From positions 23,822-87,821 of the forward strand of contig DATHRK010000103.1 of assembly GCA_035465395.1 (NCBI GenBank): a stretch of 64,000 bases of DNA. The letters run 5' to 3'. Shown here piece by piece: positions 19,407 through 27,076 of this stretch. The notes below the pieces were generated by a model. The model ran no database searches and had not been told where the DNA came from. It saw only the letters and a list, made by a program, of their open reading frames with translations. Made by a program: the position numbers and the translations under genes. Within the stretch, counting starts at the first letter, position 1, and every line of letters starts with the position of its first letter. The DNA comes from Longimicrobiales bacterium (GTDB lineage: Bacteria > Gemmatimonadota > Gemmatimonadetes > Longimicrobiales > RSA9).

Positions 19407-20249
19407 CTAGCGCGGGGCGGCCTCGGCGCTCGCGGCGGCTTCGTCCCCGGCGAGGAAGACCTCCGTGAGGGGCCGCTCGCGGGCCAGGAACTCGGTGGGG
19501 CTGAGGCCCGCCATCCGGCGAAACTCCCGGCAGAAGTGGGGCTGATCGTAGTAGCCCGCCTCGAGGGCGATCCTCCCCAGCACGACCGACCGCGCCGTCC
19601 GTAGTCGCCGCACCGCGCCCTGGATCCGGACGATTCGACGGAGGTCGCGCGGCGCGAGGCCGGCGTGCTCGCGCAGCGCCCGCTCGACCGAGCGCGGCGT
19701 GCTCGCGAGGGCGGCGGCCACGGCCTCGACGGGCTCGCGGCCGGCGCCCCGCACGATCCGCTGGACGGCGGCCCGCGCGAGGGTGGGCGCCGGGCCGGGA
19801 GCGACGCGTGCCTCGAGGAACGCGCCGGTCACGTGCGCCCAGCGCGACGTTGGCTCTTCGCCCAGCCGCTCGCGCAACGCCGCGAAGGCGGGCGCGACCG
19901 CGCTCGCTTCGACGTACCCGTCGCGCAGGTCCGCCATCGGCACGCCGAGGAGCGCACCCCCCGCCCACGGCTGAAGGCGGATGCCCAGGAGCCGGGAACG
20001 CCCGACGGCGCGTAGCGACAGCGCCGCGGTGATCTGCCCCACGATCATCGCGGCCGGCTGACGCCGTGAACGGCCCTCGGCGGTGAGCGCCTCGTAAGGG
20101 TCCCCCAGGTTGAGCACGACCTCCGCGCACCCGTCCGGAATGACCGGCTCGGGCCGTGATCCCCCGGGCGGGGCGTCGGCCGTGAGCGTCCAGATGCAGC
20201 GGACGTGGTCCGCGAGGGAGGGGGGAGGCGCCGTTTTGCGATAATGCAT
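19407..20249 (-). CDS. AraC family transcriptional regulator
   Basis: Start MHYRK at 20249. C-terminal AraC HTH (IALEAGYYDQPHFCREFRRMAGLSPTEF). Divergent from the DUF6265 gene. Confidence 0.8.
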   Translation of the reverse strand: MHYRKTAPPPSLADHVRCIWTLTADAPPGGSRPEPVIPDGCAEVVLNLGDPYEALTAEGRSRRQPAAMIVGQITAALSLRAVGRSRLLGIRLQPWAGGALLGVPMADLRDGYVEASAVAPAFAALRERLGEEPTSRWAHVTGAFLEARVAPGPAPTLARAAVQRIVRGAGREPVEAVAAALASTPRSVERALREHAGLAPRDLRRIVRIQGAVRRLRTARSVVLGRIALEAGYYDQPHFCREFRRMAGLSPTEFLARERPLTEVFLAGDEAAASAEAAPR

Positions 20250-20362
20250 GCCCGCAGGATCGCCCCGCCGTCGCATCCGTACAAGGCGCGTCCGAACCCG
20301 TTCGCTAGATTCGCTGCCGAGCCCGCCCCAGGGCGGCAGTACACCCGACACCGGAGGCAGCC

Positions 20363-20884
20363 GTGTCACCCAGGAGAGCCACCAGGAGGGCCGCGACGGC
20401 CAGCGTTGCGTGGGCGCTGTCATTCGCCGCGTGCTCGTCCGCCACCGCCCAGCAGAGCGCCGCTTCCGCAGCGCCGCCCGAAGGACCCCTCGCGCCGCTC
20501 GCGTTCATGGCGGGCTGCTGGGCGGAGGGCCCGGAGGGACTGCACGAGCAGTTCACCGCTCCGACCGCCAACCTGATCCTCGGCACGTCCCGGTTCCTGA
20601 GGGGGGGCGGCGTCGTCGAGTTCGAGTTTCACGTCATCCGGCCCGGGGAGTCGGGGCCGATCCTCACGCCGCACCCCGGGGGCCGGGCGTCGGTGTCGTT
20701 CGCCGCCGATTCGATCGCTCCGGGCTACGTGGCGTGGGCCAACCCGGACCACGATTTTCCGCAGAGGATCATCTACGACGGCCGCGAAGAGGGCGCCCTG
20801 CGGGCCACCATCGAAGGGCCGCGGGACGGAGAGACCGCGCGCATGAGCTGGCGCATGGCCCGCGTCCGCTGCCCCGCGACGTAG
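20363..20884 (+). CDS. DUF6265-like exported protein
   Basis: GGAGG RBS and a signal peptide. Motifs FMAGCWAEG and NPDHDFPQRIIY. Confidence 0.65.
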   Translation: MSPRRATRRAATASVAWALSFAACSSATAQQSAASAAPPEGPLAPLAFMAGCWAEGPEGLHEQFTAPTANLILGTSRFLRGGGVVEFEFHVIRPGESGPILTPHPGGRASVSFAADSIAPGYVAWANPDHDFPQRIIYDGREEGALRATIEGPRDGETARMSWRMARVRCPAT

Positions 20885-21008
20885 CGCGACGCGCCTCCGC
20901 CGCGCGGCGCGAGGCCCGGAGGGCGACCCGCGCGACGGCACGGACTCGAGCAGGGGGGTAGCGGTGAGCGGCGCACGCGTCCAGGGAGTGGAGGGCGGGG
21001 GCAGGGGA

Positions 21009-21536
21009 GTGGGCAGGTTGATCTTCGCCGCCGTGCGACGGCGACTGGGGCGGGTGCCCGAGCCCGTCCGGATTCTGGCCCGGCGGCCGCCCATGCTGCG
21101 CGGCCACATCTTCATGGAGGCAAGCCAGGAGAGCACCGGGCTCGTGCCCGCGTCGATCAAGAAGCTGGCCCAGGTACGCGTCGCCACGCGCATCGGGTGT
21201 CCGTTCTGAATCGACATCAACTCTGCCGGCGGCAGAGACGCGGGCGTGACGCAGGAACAGCTCGAATCCCTGTCGTCCTACGACACGTCCCCCGCGTTCG
21301 GACCCGCGGAGCGAGCCGCGCTACGGCTCGCCGACGCGATGGTGGGCACGCCGGCCGAGGTCCCGGCCACGCTGTTCGCCGAGCTGCGCGAGCACTTCTC
21401 CGAGGAGCAGCTCGTCGAGCTGGCCGCCGCGCTGGCGTGGGAGAACTACCGGGCGCGCTTCAACCGGGTGTTCGACGTCGGCTCGGAGGACTACTCGGAG
21501 GGTGCGTATTGCCCGATGCCGGTGGTGGCGGGGTAG
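21009..21536 (+). CDS. carboxymuconolactone decarboxylase (AhpD-like) family protein with in-frame UGA at 21207-21209 (putative selenocysteine, CPF-U motif)
   Basis: Track ORFs 20964..21209 and 21246..21536 share a frame and are split by a single TGA. Read-through gives RIGCPF[U]IDINSAGG..., matching the GCxxC redox motif of this family. Start uncertain between GTG 20964 and GTG 21009 (GRLIFAAVRRRLGRVPEP is a typical N-terminus). Confidence 0.65.
21221..21237 (+). promoter_or_regulatory. SECIS-like hairpin 11 nt downstream of UGA 21207
   Basis: CTCTGCC-GGC-GGCAGAG: a perfect 7-bp stem, or 6 bp with loop CGGCG, with G residues in the apical loop. Confidence 0.45.
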
Positions 21537-21557
21537 CGCGGGCGCGGCCTCGGTCGC

Positions 21558-22598
21558 CTAGGAGACCGGGGCGCCGACCGCCTTGCGGACCGCGGGCGCG
21601 ACCCGGGTGCCGAACAGCTCGATGCCGCGGAGCACCTCGGCGTGGGGCACGGTCCCGACGGTCTGCATGAGGAAGCGCTGGTGGCCGAACAGCTCGTGCT
21701 GGAAGAGGATCTTGTCGACGACCTCCTCGGGGCTGCCCACCACGAGGTGGCCGCGCGGGGCGCAGCCGGCCTCGAACTGGGCGCGGGTCGTGGGCGGCCA
21801 GCCGCGTTCGCGGCCGATGCGCGTCATGATCTCGGCGTAGGGCTCGAAGAACACGTCGCGCGCGCCCTGCGACGTGGCCGCCACGTGCCCGTGGGAGTTG
21901 ATGCCCACCGCGAGGCCGGACGGGTCGTGGCCCGCCCGGCTCGCCGCGTCCCGGTACAGCTCCACCAGCGGGACGAAGCGCTCCGGGTAACCGCCGATGA
22001 TCGCGAGCGCCAGCGGCAGGCCCAGCGACGCCGCGCGCACCACCGAGGGTGGCGTTCCGCCCACCGCGATCCAGACCGGGAGCGGGTCCTGCGCGGGCCG
22101 CGGGTACACGCCCCGGCCGGCGACGGGAGGCCGGTGCGTCCCGCTCCAGGTCACGACCTCGTTCGCGCGCGCCGCGAGCAGGAGGTCGAGCTTCTCGGAG
22201 AAGAGCAGGTCGTAGTCGGCGGTGTCCTGACCGAACAGCGGGAAGGACTCGGTGAAGGATCCCCGTCCCGCCATGATCTCGGCGCGCCCGCTCGACAGCA
22301 GGTCGATCGTGGCGAAGTCCTGGAAGACCCGGATCGGGTCGTCGGAGCCGAGGACCGAGACGGCGCTGGTGAGCCGGATGCGGCGGGTACGCGCCGCCGC
22401 CGCCGCGAGCACGATCGCGGGGGCGGACACCGCGAAGTCCGGACGGTGGTGTTCCCCCACGCCGAACACGTCCAGGCCGACCTGGTCGGCCAGCTCGATC
22501 TCCTCCAGCAGATCCCGGAGGCGGTCGCCGGCGGCCAGCTGGTGTCCGGTGGCGGCGTCGAAGCGCGTTTCCGCGAACGTGTAGATGCCGAGTTCCAT
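21558..22598 (-). CDS. LLM class flavin-dependent oxidoreductase
   Basis: Start MELGIYTF at 22598. Luciferase-like motifs ([55 protein letters not shown]). Confidence 0.85.
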   Translation of the reverse strand: MELGIYTFAETRFDAATGHQLAAGDRLRDLLEEIELADQVGLDVFGVGEHHRPDFAVSAPAIVLAAAAARTRRIRLTSAVSVLGSDDPIRVFQDFATIDLLSSGRAEIMAGRGSFTESFPLFGQDTADYDLLFSEKLDLLLAARANEVVTWSGTHRPPVAGRGVYPRPAQDPLPVWIAVGGTPPSVVRAASLGLPLALAIIGGYPERFVPLVELYRDAASRAGHDPSGLAVGINSHGHVAATSQGARDVFFEPYAEIMTRIGRERGWPPTTRAQFEAGCAPRGHLVVGSPEEVVDKILFQHELFGHQRFLMQTVGTVPHAEVLRGIELFGTRVAPAVRKAVGAPVS

Positions 22599-22720
22599 GG
22601 GCCCATCATGGGGGAGGGGGCCCTGGGCGCGCACCCCGTGTGCGGCACGCGCGGGCCGATGGTAGCTTCGCGGAGATTCACCCGGCATCGCCACGCACAC
22701 CCGAAGCAGGGCGGGTTCCC

Positions 22721-23272
22721 ATGCCCAGCACCGTGGAGCCGCTGTTCATCTTCGCCGAGGTCGCGATCGCACTCGCGGGATTCGCGTCGCTGGTGACCGT
22801 GATCGACCGCGGAGGAGGCGATCCGATGGCGCTCGACGCCAACCGGCTCCGCAACCTGATCGACGTCAGCCTGCTCGTCGTGGTGTTCTCGCTGTTCCCG
22901 ATGGTGCCCTTCGAGTTCGGCGTCGCCGAGGAAAGCGCGTGGCGTGTCTCCAGCGCCGCGTTCCTGGCCGTGACCTCGGTCTACCTGGTGGTCGCCGGAC
23001 GCCGCCAGCGGTTCATGCGGCAGCGCAACATCGCCATCCGGCGCCCCTGGGCGAGGGCGCTGTGGACGCTCGCCGGCGGAATGGTCGCCACGCTCGTACT
23101 GGGCATGGCGGGGGTCGGCGGCGACATCGGGGCGGCCTGGTACGTGACGGCGTTGTTCCTGACCCTCGTATCCGCGGCGCTGATCTTCATCCTGGTCATC
23201 GCGTCCACGCTTCAGCCCTATAGGGACGCGCCGGGGCCCGCTTCCGGCCTCGGGGGGGATGCGGTCTCGTGA
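22721..23272 (+). CDS. hypothetical membrane protein
   Basis: About 5 predicted TM segments. Start taken at ATG 22721 (MPSTVEPLF). No family recognised. Confidence 0.5.
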   Translation: MPSTVEPLFIFAEVAIALAGFASLVTVIDRGGGDPMALDANRLRNLIDVSLLVVVFSLFPMVPFEFGVAEESAWRVSSAAFLAVTSVYLVVAGRRQRFMRQRNIAIRRPWARALWTLAGGMVATLVLGMAGVGGDIGAAWYVTALFLTLVSAALIFILVIASTLQPYRDAPGPASGLGGDAVS

Positions 23273-23662
23273 GCGGGCGTTTCGATCGTCTCGCCCGCCG
23301 ACCAGCCGGTCACGTTCGTCGAGCTGTTCATCGACCTGGTGTTCGTGTTCAGCGTGACGCAGGTGGTCGGCCTTTTCCACGACGGCATCTCGTGGCCGGC
23401 CGCGGGGCAGGCGATCCTCATCTTCTGGCTGGTGTGGTGGGCGTGGACGCAGTTCACGTGGTCGCTGAACGCCGCCGATACCACGCATCCGGGCGTCATA
23501 GCGGGGACACTGCTCGCCACCGGCGTCGCGTTCTTCATGGCGGTCGCGTTGCCGGACGCGTTCGCCGGCAGGGCGCTGTTCTTCGCCATCGCCTTCCTCG
23601 GCGTAGCGCTGGTCGTCGCCGCCGGGGATCCTCGCCGCGCGGCGCTCGAGTCGCCCGCATGA
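23273..23662 (+). pseudogene. low-temperature-requirement A (LtrA) family N-terminal remnant
   Basis: Contains the LtrA signature VTFVELFIDLVFVFSVTQ...FWLVWWAWTQFTW. The frame has no canonical start before it and stops after about 125 codons, whereas LtrA proteins are several-fold longer. GTG 23269 lies in another frame, suggesting a frameshift. Confidence 0.45.
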
Positions 23663-23672
23663 CGCCGACCCG

Positions 23673-24578
23673 ATGACGAGCAGCGGCCCGACGGCGTCCG
23701 AGGCGGAGGCCCGTCGCTTGAACGAGGAAGGGCGACGGCTCGACGCCGCGGGCGACGGGGACGCCGCCGTCGCGGCCTACCGGCGCGCGATCGACGCCGA
23801 TCCCGGGTGGTCGGTGCCGTGGTACAACCTCGGCCTGGTCTACAAGTATCGCGGCGCGTGGCAGGAGGCCCTGCGCTGCACGCGACGCGCTTCGGAGATC
23901 GATCCCGACGACGGCGACGTGTGGTGGAATCACGGGATCGCCGCGACGGCGTTGGGCCACTGGGACGAGGCCCGGGAGGCCTGGAAGGCCTGCGGCATCC
24001 CGCTACCGGCCGGCGGCGGGCCGCCCGTCATGGCCCTCGGCCTGGTGCCGATCAGACTCGATCCGACCGGCCCGGCCGAGGTCGTCTGGTGCGACCGGAT
24101 CGACCCGGCTCGCGCAGTGATCCGCAACGTCCCGCTGCCCGCGTCGGGGCGGCGGTGGCGGGACGTGGTCCTGCACGACGGCGCGATCAACGGCGTGCGC
24201 GTGGTGGACGGCCGGGAATACGGCGTCTTCGACGAGCTGGGGCTACTGGAGCGCTCGGCCTACCGCACCTACGAGGTCCATCTCCACGGCGTCGGTGAGG
24301 AGCATCAGGAGCGCTTGCGCGGATTGGCGGAGGCGCTCGAAGCCGGTGCCGAGAACTGGTCCCGCTCGATCCGCTACCTGTGCAGGCAGTGCAGCGAGGG
24401 GCGGCCCCACGGCGAGCACGACCGCGAGCTATCGGGGGCCCGGCCCGACCTGGGCTTCGGCGTCGCGGCCCGCGACGACGAGCACCTGGCCCGCGTCCTC
24501 GCGGAGTGGGCCGGGCTCGTCGGCGGCGAGCGCATCGAAGGATGGAAGGCGGTGCCGGACGAGGCCGGCGGCGCGTGA
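23673..24578 (+). CDS. tetratricopeptide repeat protein
   Basis: TPR-like N-terminus (AVAAYRRAIDADPGWSVPWYNLGLVYKYRGAWQEALRCTRRASEIDP) plus an uncharacterised C-terminal domain. Confidence 0.7.
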   Translation: MTSSGPTASEAEARRLNEEGRRLDAAGDGDAAVAAYRRAIDADPGWSVPWYNLGLVYKYRGAWQEALRCTRRASEIDPDDGDVWWNHGIAATALGHWDEAREAWKACGIPLPAGGGPPVMALGLVPIRLDPTGPAEVVWCDRIDPARAVIRNVPLPASGRRWRDVVLHDGAINGVRVVDGREYGVFDELGLLERSAYRTYEVHLHGVGEEHQERLRGLAEALEAGAENWSRSIRYLCRQCSEGRPHGEHDRELSGARPDLGFGVAARDDEHLARVLAEWAGLVGGERIEGWKAVPDEAGGA

Positions 24579-24580
24579 GC

Positions 24581-25162
24581 CTACCTCCGCTTGGCCACGA
24601 ACCCGACGCCCACGGTGACGGCGATTTCGTTGCGGCGGTCGTCCACCCAGTACCGATACAGCGCCTGCGTGCGGACGCCGAGGCGGTCGCCCACCGGCCA
24701 GTGGTAGCCGGCGCCGCCGCCCACGCCGAAGTCGGTATCCGACGGGTCCTCGCCGCTCTGGATCTCGCGCGACCGGTCCAGCGAGCCGTCGGCGAAAGCG
24801 TAGAAGCTGGGCCGCCGCGGGTCGCCGGCGTACCAGGCGCCGCGCAACGAGATGCCGAGGGTGCCGATGTTCTCGTCGAGGTCCTCGTTGCGGACGAACT
24901 GGTAGCTGAAGTGCGGCTCGAGTGCGATCCGGCGGGCGACGAAGATGGTCGCCCAGATCGTGGGCCGCCCCAGGATGCCCCCGCCGGGGATGCCCACGAG
25001 CTCCTGCGTGGACTCTCCCTGCAGCTCGTCGGAGGACCGGTAGGTGAAACCGACCTGGGTCCCGATCTCCACGCGGCCCTGCGCGGCGAGCGGCGCCGCC
25101 ACGAACAAGAGTCCCAGCACCAGCGCTCCCCTCGTACCCGTCCCCTTGTGCCACACCCGCAT
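24581..25162 (-). CDS. outer-membrane beta-barrel-like protein
   Basis: Start MRVWHK at 25162. Signal peptide ...APLAAQ. Alternating beta-strand pattern with an aromatic-rich C-terminal end (VTVGVGFVAKRR). Confidence 0.6.
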   Translation of the reverse strand: MRVWHKGTGTRGALVLGLLFVAAPLAAQGRVEIGTQVGFTYRSSDELQGESTQELVGIPGGGILGRPTIWATIFVARRIALEPHFSYQFVRNEDLDENIGTLGISLRGAWYAGDPRRPSFYAFADGSLDRSREIQSGEDPSDTDFGVGGGAGYHWPVGDRLGVRTQALYRYWVDDRRNEIAVTVGVGFVAKRR

Positions 25163-25215
25163 GATGCCCTCTCCGCGTTCGACGTCGGCCCGGATGGCCC
25201 GTCCGATCCGGCCCC

Positions 25216-25956
25216 GTGAACGATGGGCCCGACGGCCGCTCCCGGCCAGGGAGCCGTAGAATCGTGACGGACCGCCCGTTGTCGGCCGACCAGGCGCGCG
25301 TGCGCCTGGCGGTGTACGAGTACTTCGTGGAAACGGGCATGGCGCCCGACGTCCTCGCGCTCGCGGATTCGTGCGACCTCGCCCCCGCCGACGTCGGCCG
25401 CACCCTGTCCGAGCTGGCCGGGCTGCGCGCCCTGGTGCTGGATCCGGCCGACGGGACGATCGCCATGGCACACCCGTTCGCGGCGCGTCCCACCCCCTTC
25501 GCCGTGGAGACCGACCGGGGACGCTACTACGCCAACTGCGCGTGGGACGCGCTGGGCATGCCCGGCCTGCTCGGCATGGACGGCCGCATCGACGCGACCT
25601 GCGCGCGCACCGCCGAGCCCATGCCGATGGACGTCGATCCCCAGGGCGGCCCGCCGAGCGGACCCGGCGCGGACGGCGTGGTCCACATCGCGGTCCCTTT
25701 CCGGCGCTTCTGGGACGACGTCTTCTTCACGTGACGGACGATCCTACTCTTCCGGTCGGAGGAGCGGGTGCGGGAGTGGTCGAACCGAGAGGGCATCCCG
25801 GTCGGCGTCATCGTGCCGGTGCCGGTCCTCGACCGATTGACCCGCGACTGGTACCGCGACCGCCTGTCCCGGGACTGGCGTCCGCGGACGGCGGAGGAGG
25901 CGGAGCGTCGCTTCGCCCTGGCCGGGCTGACCGGTCCCTTCTGGAGCCTGCGCTGA
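25216..25956 (+). CDS. alkylmercury (organomercurial) lyase MerB-like protein with in-frame UGA at 25732-25734 (putative selenocysteine at the Cys159-equivalent)
   Basis: Track ORFs 25216..25734 and 25768..25956 share a frame and are split by a single TGA. YYANCAWDALG matches the MerB C96/D99 motif. ...FFT[U]RTILLFRSEE aligns with MerB ...SFC(159)CHVHFFAS. An alternative start is GTG 25264. Confidence 0.6.
25747..25764 (+). promoter_or_regulatory. SECIS-like hairpin 12 nt downstream of UGA 25732
   Basis: CTCTTCC-GGTC-GGAGGAG: a 7-bp stem including one G-U pair, with apical loop GGUC. Confidence 0.5.
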
Positions 25957-26027
25957 GGGCGCCGGCTTCGCACCTCGCGCGGCGGGGGGCGATGCCCGGG
26001 CTCGGGCCCGGCGCGGTCCCCGCGAGG

Positions 26028-26477
26028 TCAGTGCGCTTCGGGGTCCCCGTCGGCGCCGTGGTCGTCCGCTTCCTCGAGTGCGTCCGTGCCCTCCCGCATG
26101 GGGTCCACGCCGATCACCGGCGCGTAGACCTGCCAGCGGCCCTCCCGGGTGCCCACCAGGAGCCGGTCGTAGGGCGCCGTGTCCCAGCGCGGCGCGGAAA
26201 AGACGCGCCCTTCCGCCGCCCCGACGGACCGGATGTCGTCGCGGGGCAGGTCGATCACCTCCGCGGTAGCGACCCAGGCCTGCCGCCCCAGCCGCACCAC
26301 GGCAGACGAATGACCCGCCTCGACGTCGGGATCGGCGGCCACCGTCGGGAAGGTGGCCGGCACGGCGGCGGCCTCCTCGAGCGGGACCAGCTCGGCCCCG
26401 CGCAGCCCCATGTCCTCACACGCCGCGAGCGCGGCCGCCGCGGCGGCGAGGCAGAAAACTCGGCGTCGTACGGTCAT
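26028..26477 (-). CDS. hypothetical lipoprotein
   Basis: Start MTVRRR at 26477. Lipobox ALAAC. The rest of the 369-aa track ORF is upstream artefact. Confidence 0.5.
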   Translation of the reverse strand: MTVRRRVFCLAAAAAALAACEDMGLRGAELVPLEEAAAVPATFPTVAADPDVEAGHSSAVVRLGRQAWVATAEVIDLPRDDIRSVGAAEGRVFSAPRWDTAPYDRLLVGTREGRWQVYAPVIGVDPMREGTDALEEADDHGADGDPEAH

Positions 26478-26582
26478 GTCCCCCTCGGTTGTGAAGCGTG
26501 CTGACCGGACCCATAGTAGGGACCGTCGTCCCCGGGCGCAGGCCCGGCGATCCGCTCGTTCACGTCGCTTCCGGAGCCGCGC

Positions 26583-27059
26583 ATGCGCATCGCGATCGAC
26601 CCCGTGCCGCTGGTCCTGGGCATCTATGCCCACGTCGGCAAGCTGCTGGACAGGGCCGAGCAGCGCCACGAGGACGATGACGCCGAGGCCCTCGGCAAGC
26701 GCTTCGGCAGCGGTGGGCAGAAGGGCAGCGACAAGGATGTCCAGCGTCTCGTGCGCGCCCTCCACAGCGACGTGAAGACCGCCGACAAGCTGCTGAAGAA
26801 GTCCGGCGATGTCTGGAAGATCTCCCAGGAAACGGATCTGGTGAACCTCGTCGTGCAGAAGCGCGGCGAGGCGACCGATCCGCGTTCCTACGTGTTGCTC
26901 AAGCTCGACGACGTCCGCGCCCTCCTGGAGACGATCGCGGCCGCGGCCAAGGGTGCGGGAGAGGACGCCGCCGTGATGCGAGAGCTCACCGAAACCGCCG
27001 CCGCCCTGGAAGGGCGGGCCGGGGACTACTTCACCTTCGGCTTCGATCCCTGGGAATAG
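26583..27059 (+). CDS. hypothetical protein (158 aa)
   Basis: Balanced K/D/E/L composition that is clearly protein-like in a GC-rich genome. No family recognised. Confidence 0.5.
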   Translation: MRIAIDPVPLVLGIYAHVGKLLDRAEQRHEDDDAEALGKRFGSGGQKGSDKDVQRLVRALHSDVKTADKLLKKSGDVWKISQETDLVNLVVQKRGEATDPRSYVLLKLDDVRALLETIAAAAKGAGEDAAVMRELTETAAALEGRAGDYFTFGFDPWE

Positions 27060-27076
27060 GCCGCCACCTTTCCGGC

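Noticed and set aside
23270-23272. A third same-frame TGA, between the membrane protein 22721..23272 and the LtrA remnant, as another selenocysteine site.
   Set aside because: There is no cysteine or redox motif context, no hairpin 10-15 nt downstream, and the flanking proteins are unrelated families. Sharing a frame happens by chance one time in three.
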